DNA of 63,865 nt, filler included, from Welwitschia mirabilis (taxonomy: Eukaryota): the NCBI GenBank assembly GCA_051453625.1. It is 5 parts of one record of this genome, joined end to end, with 100 filler letters (N's around TTAATTAATTAA, not from the genome) between each part and the next. Parts side by side here need not be neighbours in the genome. Positions count along the whole stretch, not along the records: positions 30,161 to 52,742 come from JBOZIK010000001.1; positions 52,843 to 62,177 come from JBOZIK010000001.1; 3 more parts are not named here. The stretch is one strand, 5' to 3'. Shown here piece after piece: positions 41,701 to 53,851 of the stretch (its first letter is position 1; every line of letters starts with the position of its first letter). The position numbers and the translations under genes were made by a program. Below the pieces are notes generated by a model. The model was not told the origin of the DNA and searched no databases. It was given only the letters and a program-made list of their open reading frames with translations.

Positions 41701-42670
41701 CATAAGTTCCAAAAGCATAAAATGAGATTTCATAAAGAGTGATTACATAAAAAGGACATGTTAAAAATAAAAGGTCTCAATGAAAGGAAGAATTTCTACA
41801 ACTTTAAACAAAACAAGAAATTGGAGAATGATTAAATAACACTTGAGAATAATCCATTTGAACTAGTATTTTTTTATAACTAAAAATGAACTATATTATT
41901 ACTAGATAAGTAATATTGATCAAGGTAGGAAGAGATATAGACATCTCCTAATCTAGCATTATTCTAAGTGAACCATCCTAAATTACTCATAGTTCTATAA
42001 TTATAATTACCATATTGAAGATTAAACTTATTTTAAAATTGGATCCAAGATAATAATACTAAAAGATATGGCCTCATAACTATCCTTGCTAAATTATCAT
42101 AAGGGTATTTAACCATATTAAAATCATCAACTATGATCCAGATAGCCTTTTGTAATGTTTAAGCAAGCCAAATTCATAAATTAGTGCTATCCTGACCTTG
42201 AAAAGGATCATAAATACATAAGAAGAAAAACATATTATTTAGGTAGTTGATGTAAGTTCAAACATAGTTTTCATTGTGATCTCTACCAGAATTTGTGATA
42301 CAACTTATTCAACTATGGTAAAGAATAAGATTTGCTCCTTCTTTACAATTATCATGATTGGTAAAATTGAACTAGCCATTTCCAAAAAGATTTTAACAAA
42401 AGGATTCAATGATAAAGCCTTGAATTTTAACTTCTTGCAAAAAAAATAAGTACATTTTATCTTTAGACTAACATATGGTTTCAGACTATTCTTTTTGTGA
42501 GGGAGTCTAAAAGGCCCCTTACATTTCAAGATATGCAATTCATGTTGAACAACTCAGAGGAGTATCCTCAACCTTTAACCATTTAAAAGAGTTTACTAAT
42601 TAAAAAATATTTTCTACAGGTTTGCTTGCCTCTTAAGATGGGAAACTTTAACATCACTATTCCATGTCAT
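38760..42670 (-). pseudogene. LINE ORF2 (APE endonuclease and reverse transcriptase), many stops and frameshifts
   Basis: WIIVDDFNMV (cf. WIIGGDFN), RLGDVYIS (RLDRFY), LFNHSP (LSDH-P), ALVIDGFP (APGPDGF), SITLLNVLYKII, LDFFKSYD, SIRQGYPLAPYLF, SQFTNDT (QFADDT). Confidence 0.88.
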
Positions 42671-42699
42671 ATTTGATTTCCTTCTTACATCTAAAAGAG

Positions 42700-44050
42700 T
42701 GGTTTCTCCTTAGTGACTAAAGCATAGATTTTTTTTGGTCTATTGTGTGGATACGATTTTCTTGTGTAGTAAGATTGCTAATTCCCTTTGGCCTCATTTG
42801 CATATGACCTTGTAATTTCTTTGTATGCTATAAAGAGAGATTAAGCTATGAATCCTCATTTTGCTATGAAGAAAAGCCATAATTCTTGAGACTATATTGT
42901 TTATTTATATTAAGAACACTTTCTATTAACTTAATTGATGGATTATATGCAGAACCTTTGCTTTTAAGTTTAGTTTCCACTTTTTCTACTAGTAATTTCT
43001 CTTTTTTTTAGTTTGTTTAACAATTTAGGATAATGGGATGAATATGATTGGACTCTTTATGGTAGTAACACTTACCAAGTAAAGCTAATTAAACTACTTT
43101 TTATATAATTACTTTTCTTTAGCTTTGAATTTAAACCTTTCTAGGAGAGGTTTATGTAAATTAAAAATAACACATCCTCTTCTGGAAGGACAGGTTCAAA
43201 TACCCATATAAAATTTCATACCCATCACTTGTCCTAACTAAGATGCTAAATTTTAATATGAGCCACAAAATAAGGAGTGAGTTCTATAAATCCAATGCAT
43301 ATTGGAATCTTACTTTGACTTTCTATTTCTAGATCAAAATTCTCCACCCCTAATTTGAGAATAAGATAGGAACCATAGGCATTCTAAATAATCTATTTTT
43401 TAACATAATATACCATTTCTTTTGTTTCAAAAAACCACCAATTAGATTAGAGACAAGAGTAATAATGACATTTTTATAACCCCATTGTTTCTGAATCTAG
43501 TCCTAAAAGTCTCCCACAAATGGTATTTTTCTAATGAAGAAACTCATAACATAAAGTTCCTTAAAAGTGTTAACAGTTTTATCATAGATATCTTTTGGAA
43601 TTTTAAATTCAATAGTTAACAGCTAGGTTTCCTTATTAACATTAAGTTGTTCAAATTTATCTAAAGCATTTGTAAGAACTTATTACATGTTAAAGTTCAA
43701 AGCTGATATGTGTTCATACTTACATCTTTTGAATGGATCTACCACATGCATTAGGCGTATGTACTTCAAACTAGCTTTACCATCTGTAAGCACATTAACG
43801 GTTTCTACTGAAAAAAATTTCTTTGGATTTTTTAATTTATTTTATGCAACACATGCACTATATTTTTTGCTTTTTAAGTTACCTTTCTCTATCCACTCTT
43901 TTTTTCCCTAATTAAAGGCTTCTAGCTCTTTTGCATGCATGGATATTTGCTAAATCCTGAGATGTCCTTTCAACCTTTGAATCCCTCAAACACACTATCT
44001 ACATAGAATAAGTGCCTACTAAGCAATGTTTTACATTTTACCAAACTGTA
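42700..44050 (-). pseudogene. LINE ORF1 (DUF4283-like RNA-binding region), degraded
   Basis: Minus-strand D*IQKQWG and ENFDLE...KIPICIGFIEL resemble the plant L1 ORF1 W-PNFDP...PVWV-F--LP motif. It lies upstream of ORF2. Confidence 0.55.
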
Positions 44051-44520
44051 CTTTTTTTCCTCCATTATGCAAACCTCTGCTTAGACTAGCCTTTGCTCTT
44101 AATCTCTCAAAATGCCTTTGTCTCTAAAAACATCTCTAAAAATGCCTCTATAATGCCTTCTAAAAATACCTTTGTCTCTAAAAATTCCTTTCTCTCTGAA
44201 AACACCTTCTAAAAATCCCTTTATCTTTGAAAAGGCCACTGAAAATGCCTTCTTGTCTAAAAATGCCTCTAAAAATTCCTCTAAAAATTCCTTCATATTT
44301 CAATGGATTTCATTGGATGTGAAAGCCTTACATGAGAGGGATGCCATACTAATTATGACATTTTGATATGGATTTGATTTTCTCCATTGTGCAAACCTCT
44401 TCTTAAACTAGCCTTTGCTCTTGGTCTTTAAAAACACCTTTTAAGAATGCTCTTGTCCTTTACTCTAAATATCTAAAAGTTCTCTTGTCCTTGTAAAAAC
44501 ATTCTTGTCCTTTTCTCTCG
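44040..44520. repeat. Tandemly repeated LINE 5'UTR with a 12-bp CTCTAAAAATGC-type minisatellite
   Basis: TCCATTRTGCAAACCTCT-CTTARACTAGCCTTTGCTCTT occurs at ~44061 and ~44384, with short CTCTAAAAA repeats between. Confidence 0.7.
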
Positions 44521-45252
44521 GTCTTAATCTCTATAGAAATATTTCTCTTTAGCATTCAAATCATAGTGAAAATGAACTTTACAATGCATTTAAAAATGAG
44601 AAATATTTTGGCATCTTCTGTTTGGCATTAAAGCTCATTATCTTTAGAGAAAATTGATATGTAACATTTTGAAAAGAAATTATTAACTAGAATTCTAAAC
44701 TTTTTTACTATATTTTTTTAATTTTAAATATACAATTTACCATTATTTTATGTGTATTACATGCTATTTTACTATGGATTCTTACTCTTAATTTTATAAG
44801 AGATTTCTCTAAAGCTTATGGGCTTTTTGAAGCTACTAACAATTATAATAGAAAAGAGATTTTTCCTAGTGAATTTTAAAGACATTTTAGTGAATCTGTT
44901 AGAGTATTTAATCACCTGAATTATTAAATATCTTAAATAATAAAAATAAAAAGTGAGGTTATGATTATTTAATCACATTAGGATTTTAATCTAAACAGAA
45001 CATTTACATAAATATTTTTAATAGTATATCCTACTTTGACACATTTTCTGGTGATTTGAGGTGCTTGCAAAGTAATCATCTAGACAAAGGAATAAGAAGT
45101 GATTGCATTCTAGTAGGAAAGAGCTTAAATGAAAGTTAAAAGAATAGTTTAATGCTAATCAAGTTGAATCTCTTAAATTTATCTAATTGTTTTAGTTCTG
45201 CTTTCTTGAAAGAGATTTATAGCAATGTTCTCTAGAATATGGTTAGATTTAA

Positions 45253-46790
45253 ATGTTTAGATGTAGGAAAACGAAATGTATACACTATTTATCCCTACAA
45301 ATGAAGCATAAACAACATTCTTAGAGGGTCTATAAGATTCAAATGTAAAGAAATTAATTGTTAGACCTGGTATTACTTCTAATATAAAGATATAATTTTC
45401 TAAAATATATAACTTACTTATAAAAATAAATATTACTACTTGCAAACTTCTTGACATTAGTTAAAGATTAACAACATTTTACAACTTAGAATACGTGAGC
45501 ATATATTTTAAATAATTGAAACCTAAAGAAGTTTAATAGAGGAACTTAAAACATAAGGTTTATATGTCTTATATGTGTTTATGGCATCTAGTTAACAATT
45601 TATAGCTTTTGTTGACTTTTATTCCAAAACTAAGAGTTCTAATGTAAGAAAGTTTAACAAGATTAATTTAGATTTAAACACACCTAAGCATGTTCTCAAA
45701 TTCTTTAATAATAAACTCAAAACTATAACACTAAACATATAAAGGTAATTACCTTAACTTCATATGAGAAAAGCATAATTCCAACTATATTTAAAAATTA
45801 TATTTTGCAAAGCCTTTATTTTAATAGAAGGAACTTTGCACTAGTAATTAAATAAGCTAAATATAACAATCATATCTATTTTAATATTTAATAAAAAGGT
45901 CTAATGAATAGAAAAAGGCTAATNNNNNNNNNNTCTCATAGGCCCAAGTTATAGGAGAGTCATCCTTTATCTCCTTAACAAAAACTCCCTCCTCCATCCT
46001 TTCCTCTAATGAACCATGGTGGATGAATGGAGTCATTAATTGTTATGGGAATTGTAAAGTATAACCCTTTTCCAATTACAAAGGGTAGATTTTAATGGTT
46101 AACTAAATCTAATCATGCATGCCACTTTTCTCATGCATAGAACCATCTTCTTTTCATGCATAATAGCACATCCTTAATATGTAGCCACCTTGTGATGTGC
46201 TACCATCTCACCAAGTGTTTAACACCATATATAATGGAACATTTCCAATCACAATCATTTACTAAAATTCTCCATTTAATATTATCAACACAAAACATTT
46301 GTTATATTCTAATTAATAGTAAAGGCATCTTAATTTAGGCTAATCCATTATATTTTAATTAATTATTACTTACTAACTAACCATTTAATAACCATATACT
46401 TACTCCTTAATCATTTATATTATTATACTTTATTTATTAGATATTAATTAAATGATATTAACATTAATACATAACTCACTATGCTATTCAAAATATCTAA
46501 GAACTTAAAATTTTTTATTATTAGACTAATTAACAAAAATTATATACTTATAGCCTTAACTTAACTAGTACTACATTTATCCAAAACATAACTCATTTAT
46601 AATATTATAATTTCATTATACTTATTAAACATATATTATTATTCTAATAACATTTTAATCTCCCTTTTACTCTCTTAACCATAAATCTTATTTAACTAAT
46701 TTATCAACTATAGCTAATAAAGACCACAATAGACACAAACTTAACTAACCACATGCCCTATCAAGAATGTGAAAAACATAGGGCATTATA
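45253..46790 (-). repeat. 5' LTR of element A, segment 3 (terminal)
   Basis: Aligns to 8825-10218 and 12543-12756 and ends GGGCATTATA before TSD CTTAA. Confidence 0.85.
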
Positions 46791-47950
46791 CTTAATAATT
46801 TAAAGTTCATTTTAGGAATTTAGATAATATTATGGAAGTAAAATTTTTATACTAAAGGATTTAAGCTAGATTTTTAGAGTCAGCTTATTTCCCTACTTTA
46901 TCATTCAAGTTCAAAATCATCACAATATTGATTCTTCTATTTGTTTTGATTTCTTATAGGCTTAAATAATGTTGTGTTGGCCTTGTTTAGTCCTATCTCA
47001 ATTTATTCCTATGGAAAGAAAGAACGACATCAAAACTCTATTACAACAAGAGTTTTATTTTATATAAACTATAAAAGCTAATCACGAACATAATGTGTTT
47101 ACGTGAACCTTTAATATTGTGCTCTTCCTTTTCAAACTTTACTTCTCAAAAATGAACTCATACCGATCTATAGGAGAAATCTTGTTGAGATGGAAAATTT
47201 CAAATTCATTTTCAATGATAAGAGGTAAGATAAGGACTAGAAATTAATTTATTGTAATGCAAGTAGGTTTTAATCATGCTTGAGATGATAAGGGTTATGT
47301 GGGTTTTAAGAAAACCAATAAAAAGAGTTATCCAAGTTGTACCCTTCATAGATTTGATTGAAATTTATTATAACATTGCAAAAACCTGAATTTAGATAAA
47401 TCTAATTTTTATTTATATGCTTCTAAGGCATTGAATATTAATTAATATAAAGTAATAGAACATGGACTTAACTATGAAAATTGATCTATGCTATAGTGGT
47501 TTTTAAATCAGGCTTTACTAATATAATTGTTTAAATTAAACATTATCTTAAAAAAATGTCAACTATAAATCATAAAAAACTAATATTTGAAAATGACTTA
47601 AAGCCATAATGATCGAAATACATCATTATGAAATAATTAATTTCCATTGCACATCTAAAATTCAATCTTTAGATGATTTTATGAACTATAAATAATAGCC
47701 TTTAAATTTAGGATTTATACTAAAAGCATTGACCATTCATAATCATTACATTATTATTTTGGGCTATCATGTCATTATGCTTTTAAAGGAGGTATCATTA
47801 CTAAAAGTTTTAATTTTGACATCCCTTAATAATTAGGCATAGCATTAGTTTCAAATGTGAACTCTAAATAACTTTACAATCATGATCAAATAAGTTCATC
47901 TTATTTTGTTATCCATACTAAAGTAGATTAAAAACTTTTGTGTTACCTAT

Positions 47951-48160
47951 GGTGTCATAGTACACTTGGTGGAACATTCATCTTCTAGAGAGGAGGTTGT
48001 GGATTGGAATTTGAATGCCCTTATTGGCATACTATGGTGCCTTGAACATAATTGAGATCATTCACTAAGGCCATTGCAATGGATGTACTTTTGAGGCAAA
48101 CTTCATTCATTAGAGGTTTTAAGTTTAACATCCCCCAAATCCTTATATTTAAAAATATTA
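47951..48160 (+). mobile_element. Possible degenerate tRNA-derived SINE
   Basis: A-box-like TAGTACACTTGG (~47958) and B-box-like GAGGTTGTGGATTGGAATTT (~47993-48012) at tRNA-like spacing, with an A/T-rich tail at ~48145-48170. Confidence 0.35.
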
Positions 48161-48929
48161 TAACAAAAACTAGAATGGAGTGTTAGATTTATTTTTTTAA
48201 AAGAAATTTTAAGATTTTCATAATTTTAAATTACTAGCATGAATCACTTTTAGGAAAAATATGTTTTATATCATTCCTTAAGTTTGTCAAGAATTTATAA
48301 ATAAGATTCTATTAACATAGAATATAGTAATAAATGTTAATAAGAGTATATGCAAACTTCATAAAGATGATTTTTCTTTATGTATTTCAATAATTATAAC
48401 TTCAATGGAAATAAACCAAAGTATTTTCAAATACTTCATTGATAATAAACACAATTTAAAAAAACACACAAAACCAAAATTTTATATTATCAAGAATACT
48501 AACCAAATCTACATTAAAAAACCAATAATTTATACATGGTTATTTATGTTATAAAATGTCTTATGTCATGAAATTATAGCTGCAAAGAAATTGATTTATG
48601 AAAATGTTAGCTATATAAAAGGTGAAGCATTTTTTACTCCTTTAGTTATATATTTTTAATAGTCAACTGGTTGTAATAAAAGTCAATTCCAGATATGATA
48701 GAATTGAAGCTCCTAGATTAGGTCTTTTTAAATTAGTATTGTCTAAATTATTCCCATACATTTCTCCCCAAATTTCTCAATACTTATCCATGTTATTATT
48801 AGCCTTATATCATATATTTATGGCACAATCTTACTGATTGTAAATGTGAGTGATTGGATAATCTTCTCTCTTTATTTTATCTATCCTAAAAAACCACTTT
48901 TCTAAGATTAATCTCACCAATCAATATTA

Positions 48930-51180
48930 GAGTTATGTGGTAAGTTCTTTTGACAAATTCATGATATTGAAAAGTTGAACAATTTAGGGTCTGTTATCTT
49001 TTAGGTTCTAGTATTTAATGATGACAACTATGAATATTATATCATTTAGATGATGACATTTCTAGTTTTATAATATCTATGGGATCTGGTCATGACAGGC
49101 TTCATACAGGTGATGGATTATTTTGTGTTTACAAGCTTAGATTAATAAGAAATACTTGTGCACACAAAGAAAGGCTAATGCAAAAGATTTATAGTCATCC
49201 AAACTAGTGTTGATAGGATAATCTTTCTAAAGATTACTAAGCATAAAACTTAAAAGGTTAATTAAGAATGTTTAGAAGTATTCTATAAAGGATCTGCCAA
49301 ACTTTAATTTTTTAAGCTTCAAATGTTGAAGAGAGAATTTGAGTCTTTAAAAATAAAAGACTGAGAATATATTAATCAATTTTTTAACAAAGTGCAAGAG
49401 ATCATAAATGATGTACATCTAGTAAATAACTAGCTTAATGAATCAACAATTATCACAAAAAATTTATAAAATTTATCTAGATGATTTGATCCTATCATCT
49501 TTATAGGTTAGGAAGCACATGATCTTTCGTGATTAACCATTTTATAGAAATACTAAATACATATGAACAAAGGATTGTAGATCATGATAGTAGTGTTGCA
49601 TCTTCATTTAAGACTTAAGTAAGTAGTTAAAACTTTTCTAAGAAGAAAGTTTTCATAATTCATCAAGTAATTTATCTAGTTCTCAAGGAAACTTCCATAG
49701 GAAAGGAGGCTAAAAGAAGAAATCTCAAAGTAGGAATGGAAAAGGCAATAAGTTTTATGCTTATTGTAAAATGTCAAATCATGATAAAACATGATGTTTC
49801 AAGAAAGAAAAATATTATAGAATGCAAAAAAAAAAAAAAAAAGAATCTTTTCTATGTATAGAATGAATAAGGAGTTAAATTATTCTTCATTTAGCAAAAA
49901 GTATCATATTTTTCCCAAATTTCAAGAGTGGCACCAATGACATTTCATATCTTTATAGTGTTTGTAATAATTACATGATTAGAAATGAAAGGTTTGATGG
50001 GAAATTTTTCTTTGGTAATGGGAAATAAATCATAGTCAAAGATATTAACTCTTTTACATTCCTTTCCAAATGTGACAATAGATGTATGATTTCTAATATC
50101 TATTATGTACCTTTTTTAACTAAAAATATTTTAAGTGTTAAACAAATGTGTGATAATGGTTATCATGTATAATTTAAAAAGAATCATTACACAATTTTAA
50201 AGGATAATGGATAATAAGTTGCTACTTGGGATATGACATCAAACAAGACTTTTGTGCTTCAAAATCAAAATGATGTGAAATGTCTTTTAGCAAATTAAAG
50301 ATCAAAGTTTTCTTTAGCATGTTCATCTTAAACACCTAAATTTTCAGACACTGATGGATATGCACAACAGAGAAGTAATACAGGACATGCATTGTTTAAA
50401 TTTTTTAAGCATGACAATTGTGAAATTTATACAATTTCAAAGTTTAAAATATTACCTTTTTCATAAAGAGAACAAATTTTATTGCATTGTCTAAATCTAG
50501 TCCATATTGATCTCGATGAACCAATGCAAATCATAAGTATTGGCAAAAGTAAATACATGTTTTGATCATTGTTGATCACTCTCATATGACATGAAGCTAT
50601 ATTCCAAAAACTAAAGATCAAGCCTTTGGCTATTTTCAAGAATTCAAGGCTAAATTTGAAACTTAAAGAGGTGTTCAACATAAGAAGATTAGATCCACTT
50701 AAGGAACAGAATTTTTTTAACAAGAAATCAAGGAATTTTACAAGAAGCATGTTATTTTACATCAAATAATAACTACATATTCTTTACATTAAAATGATAT
50801 TATGGAATGAAAGAATCAAATAGTTCTATATATAATAATATGCATGATGAAGTAAGTAGATTTGGATAATCAATTTTGGGCTAAATCTTGGTCCACTATA
50901 GTTTACATCTAAAATTTCCTTTCAGCAAAGATGAAAAAGGAAAGATCATCATATGAAATCTAGTATGGATATAAACCTAAGATATGCTATTTTCAAATTT
51001 TTAATACTGCATGTGTTGTGTATATACCTATAAATCCATGTAAAAAAATTACACGATCAAGAAATTTAAGGTATTTTTATAAGTTATAAAGAGTATATTA
51101 AAGATTTAAAGTTTATGATGTTAAAAATAAGAAGGTAGTAATATTTAAAGATGTAAAAGTTTTTGAAGAGTTATTTTAGC
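48930..51180 (+). pseudogene. Ty1/copia (Ivana/Ale-like) gag-protease-integrase remnant, truncated before RT
   Basis: FNDDNYEYY...YLWDLV, KLQMLKREFESLKIK, YCKMSNHDKT*C, YLYSVCNNYM (cf. WYLDSGCSNHM), HLKHLNF, LNLVHIDL, DVKVFEE. Confidence 0.8.
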
Positions 51181-51259
51181 ACTGCATCATTATCACTAAC
51201 ATTGGTCGCTTTGCATGTGGGATTCATAGCTTCACATACATTGATGAGGGGAGTTACTT

Positions 51260-51637
51260 CATAAAAAGTTTGAACTTGGTCAACTTATCCTTTTATACAA
51301 TACTAAAGTACATCTTTTAGATAACAAGTTAACCTCTAAATGGTTAGGTCTTTGTCTTATAGAGAAAATACATTCTAATGGCTCTATTATGATTTCTGAC
51401 TTAGAAACTAAGTAGATTAAGAAAGTTATTAGATAAAAGTTAAAACTATATGAAAAATATTTCAATGTAATCTTGAACGTGGTAGAAACACTTATTTTAG
51501 AGGTTTTCCTCAATGAGGAGGACTTTCACCCTATCATTGTCTAAATTCTTTCTTAGCTTATTCCTTTGGTAAATGTTATGATATCATTTAATCATCTTTT
51601 AAACTTAACTTATGTGTTACTCTTTGAAGTTTCTATG
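51260..51637 (+). mobile_element. Isolated Athila integrase C-terminus and 3' flank fragment
   Basis: AAAAAGTTTGAACTTGGTCAACTT...AACAAGTTAACCTCTAAATGGTTAGGTC matches 60625-60890. Confidence 0.8.
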
Positions 51638-52742
51638 TGTTATGGTGCAAATTTATGCAATCCGAAAGTTCTGTAGGTAAACCTGTAATTCAATAACTTA
51701 TAGAAAAACATATGCTAGTATGGACGAGAGTTCACCCAAATGTCGTAATCCAATGAAGGCACTAGGCTTAGAGTTAGAGAATTTATTTTGCCAATGTATT
51801 TTGTTCTTTTATCCTTAGGAAAACTGAAAGAAAATAACTTAAGTAAATGTAATGCTTAAATAGAAATGAAATGCAAGTGAATGGGAATGAAATGCAATGC
51901 AATGGAAATGAAAATAGATCCTACTTAGATCTTAGTCTTTCTTTCACAAATACCACTTCTCTATAACTTATATCAAAGAAGAAGAGTATTTACTAGTTCT
52001 TAATCAATATAAACTATGAGATCTACCAAGTAAAACTTGAAATACAATATGGAAAGAAAGAAATAAATAATGCAAATCTATTCTACTAAATAAGGTTAAT
52101 CTTAACAAAGGTTTCCCTTAAGATATAAATAAACCCAAGCTTGTCACTAGCTAAGATCAACTTAAATCATAAGGGAGATGCACAATANNNNNNNNNNNNN
52201 NNNNNNNNNNNNNNNNNNNNNNNNNNNNNNNNNNNNNNNNNNNNNNNNNNNNNNNNNNNNNNNNNNNNNNNNNNNNNNNNNNNNNNNNNNNNNNNNNNNN
52301 NNNNNNNNNNNNNNNNNNNNNNNNNNNNNNNNNNNNNNNNNNNNNNNNNNNNNNNNNNNNNNNNNNNNNNNNNNNNNNNNNNNNNNNNNNNNNNNNNNNN
52401 NNNNNNNNNNNNNNNNNNNNNNNNNNNNNNNNNNNNNNNNNNNNNNNNNNNNNNNNNNNNNNNNNNNNNNNNNNNNNNNNNNNNNNNNNNNNNNNNNNGT
52501 CATCTCATGTGTCATCCACATGATGGAGGAGACGATGTTGCCTTAACGGCTTAGGCAATGTGCCATGTGTTGTTGTTAGCCTCGTGGATTGTCTGTGTGT
52601 AATTCTGATGTCATCGTCCTGTCTGTCGTCCAAATGACTATACAGTCAATGCCTTGTTAAGTTGGCCTCATGTGCTATTGTTGCTATCACAGGATCTGAC
52701 CACATCACTAGTATGATCATCCTATCTGTCGTGGGGATGATG
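51638..52742 (-). repeat. Athila-family LTR, minus orientation, incomplete
   Basis: Begins TGTTATGGTGCAAATTTATGCAA, like 17426 and the reverse complement of 53346-53370. Shares the AACAAAGGTT...CTTGTCAC motif. Confidence 0.7.
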
Positions 52743-53373
52743 NNNNNNNNNNNNNNNNNNNNNNNNNNNNNNNNNNNNNNNNNNNNTTAATTAATTAANN
52801 NNNNNNNNNNNNNNNNNNNNNNNNNNNNNNNNNNNNNNNNNNGACAGAAGATCGAAGGTCCCAAGAACCATCCTGTAGTTCCAGAGAGACATTTCCTTAG
52901 TGTTGGGTGGTGTTCCCTCCATTGAGTTGTTGCTACTTTGTAACACAGATGTGATGTGATTTCTAATACAAAACATTTCCTTTTTGTGCTTCAATGTGTG
53001 AATGATATTCTCCCTCATAGCTTATGTTGCTTGAGATCCAGTGACAGTTTCTCTTATGATATAAGTGCAACCTTTGTTAAAGCTGTGCATGNNNNNNNNN
53101 NNNNNNNNNNNNNNNNNNNNNNNNNNNNNNNNNNNNNNNNNNNNNNNNNNNNNNNNNNNNNNNNNNNNNNNNNNNNNNNNNNNNNNNNNNNNNNNNNNNN
53201 NNNNNNNCTCTTTTAAAAGTAACTCTCTTATTTCCATACCTTGCCATTCTACGGACTACGACATCCGGGTTACTTCCATCTATATTAGTGTGTTGTGTTT
53301 GTGCATTATTATTTGTGATTAACAGGATTCTACTCAGGATGTAAAGGTTGCAAAAATACGCATCACAACATCT

Positions 53374-53391
53374 TGGTGCCATTGCCGGGGA
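53374..53391 (+). promoter_or_regulatory. PBS complementary to tRNA-Asp (Athila type)
   Basis: TGGTGCCATTGCCGGGGA versus consensus TGGCGCCGTTGCCGGGGA. Confidence 0.9.
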
Positions 53392-53851
53392 CGGCTGCTT
53401 GGAGTTCGAGAGTTATGGTTGCTTCAGTAAGTATTTCGGTTCAGATGCTTGTTGCTGCAGCGGCGTAACAGTAAATACAGTAGCGTAGGTTTCCCATTTT
53501 TGCAGAGTCAGTTTTCTGTTTTTCAAATCAAAGTTTGTTTTTCTATTCTGTAATAAAAGTTCATCGTCGGCTTCATCGTCCAAACGACACGCGACGACGG
53601 CGGCCTTCATGCCGTGAGTTTTCTGTTTCAATTTTCTATTAAATTTTTTAGGGTTTTAGTCCCATTGTCCCCTTGGTCGTCCAGACGACTTAGGTGGATG
53701 ATAGTCTATTTCCTGATTTTTTTCTATTAGAGTCACTCTTTCGTTTCTGTTTTCTGTTTTTTTTTCTTGTGGTTTCTGTGTTTTTATTGTCCAGGATATC
53801 GTCCAAACGATGACAAGGATGGCACTTTTACAGATCCGAGACTGAGCATGA

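Larger units (their letters stand above)
38521..44560 (-). mobile_element. L1-clade LINE, near full length, degraded
   Basis: ORF1 and ORF2 motifs in the correct order on the minus strand, a T-rich tract at ~38521-38540 (decayed polyA) and a repetitive 5'UTR. Both ends are approximate. Confidence 0.85.
4943..46790 (-). mobile_element. Non-autonomous Tekay/Del-like Ty3/gypsy element A with giant LTRs, hosting nested insertions
   Basis: TSD CTTAA at 4938-4942 and 46791-46795. Termini TGTAACAC... and ...GGGCATTATA (decayed GGGTATTACA). PBS and PPT lie at 12757-12877. The PPT/LTR junction AAACTTCTTAAGGGGGAAAGGA-TGTAATACCC is typical of Tekay/Del chromoviruses. Confidence 0.85.

Noticed and set aside
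38495-44590. Possible LINE TSD (TCATTAGGAAGTGAAGCCCTGCAAT versus TCATAGTGAAAATGAACTTTACAAT)
   Set aside because: Too many mismatches to call, so the LINE ends remain approximate.
46950-47240. Possible host exon(s) suggested by AG/GT splice-like sites
   Set aside because: No frame gives a recognisable peptide, and such sites arise by chance in AT-rich DNA.
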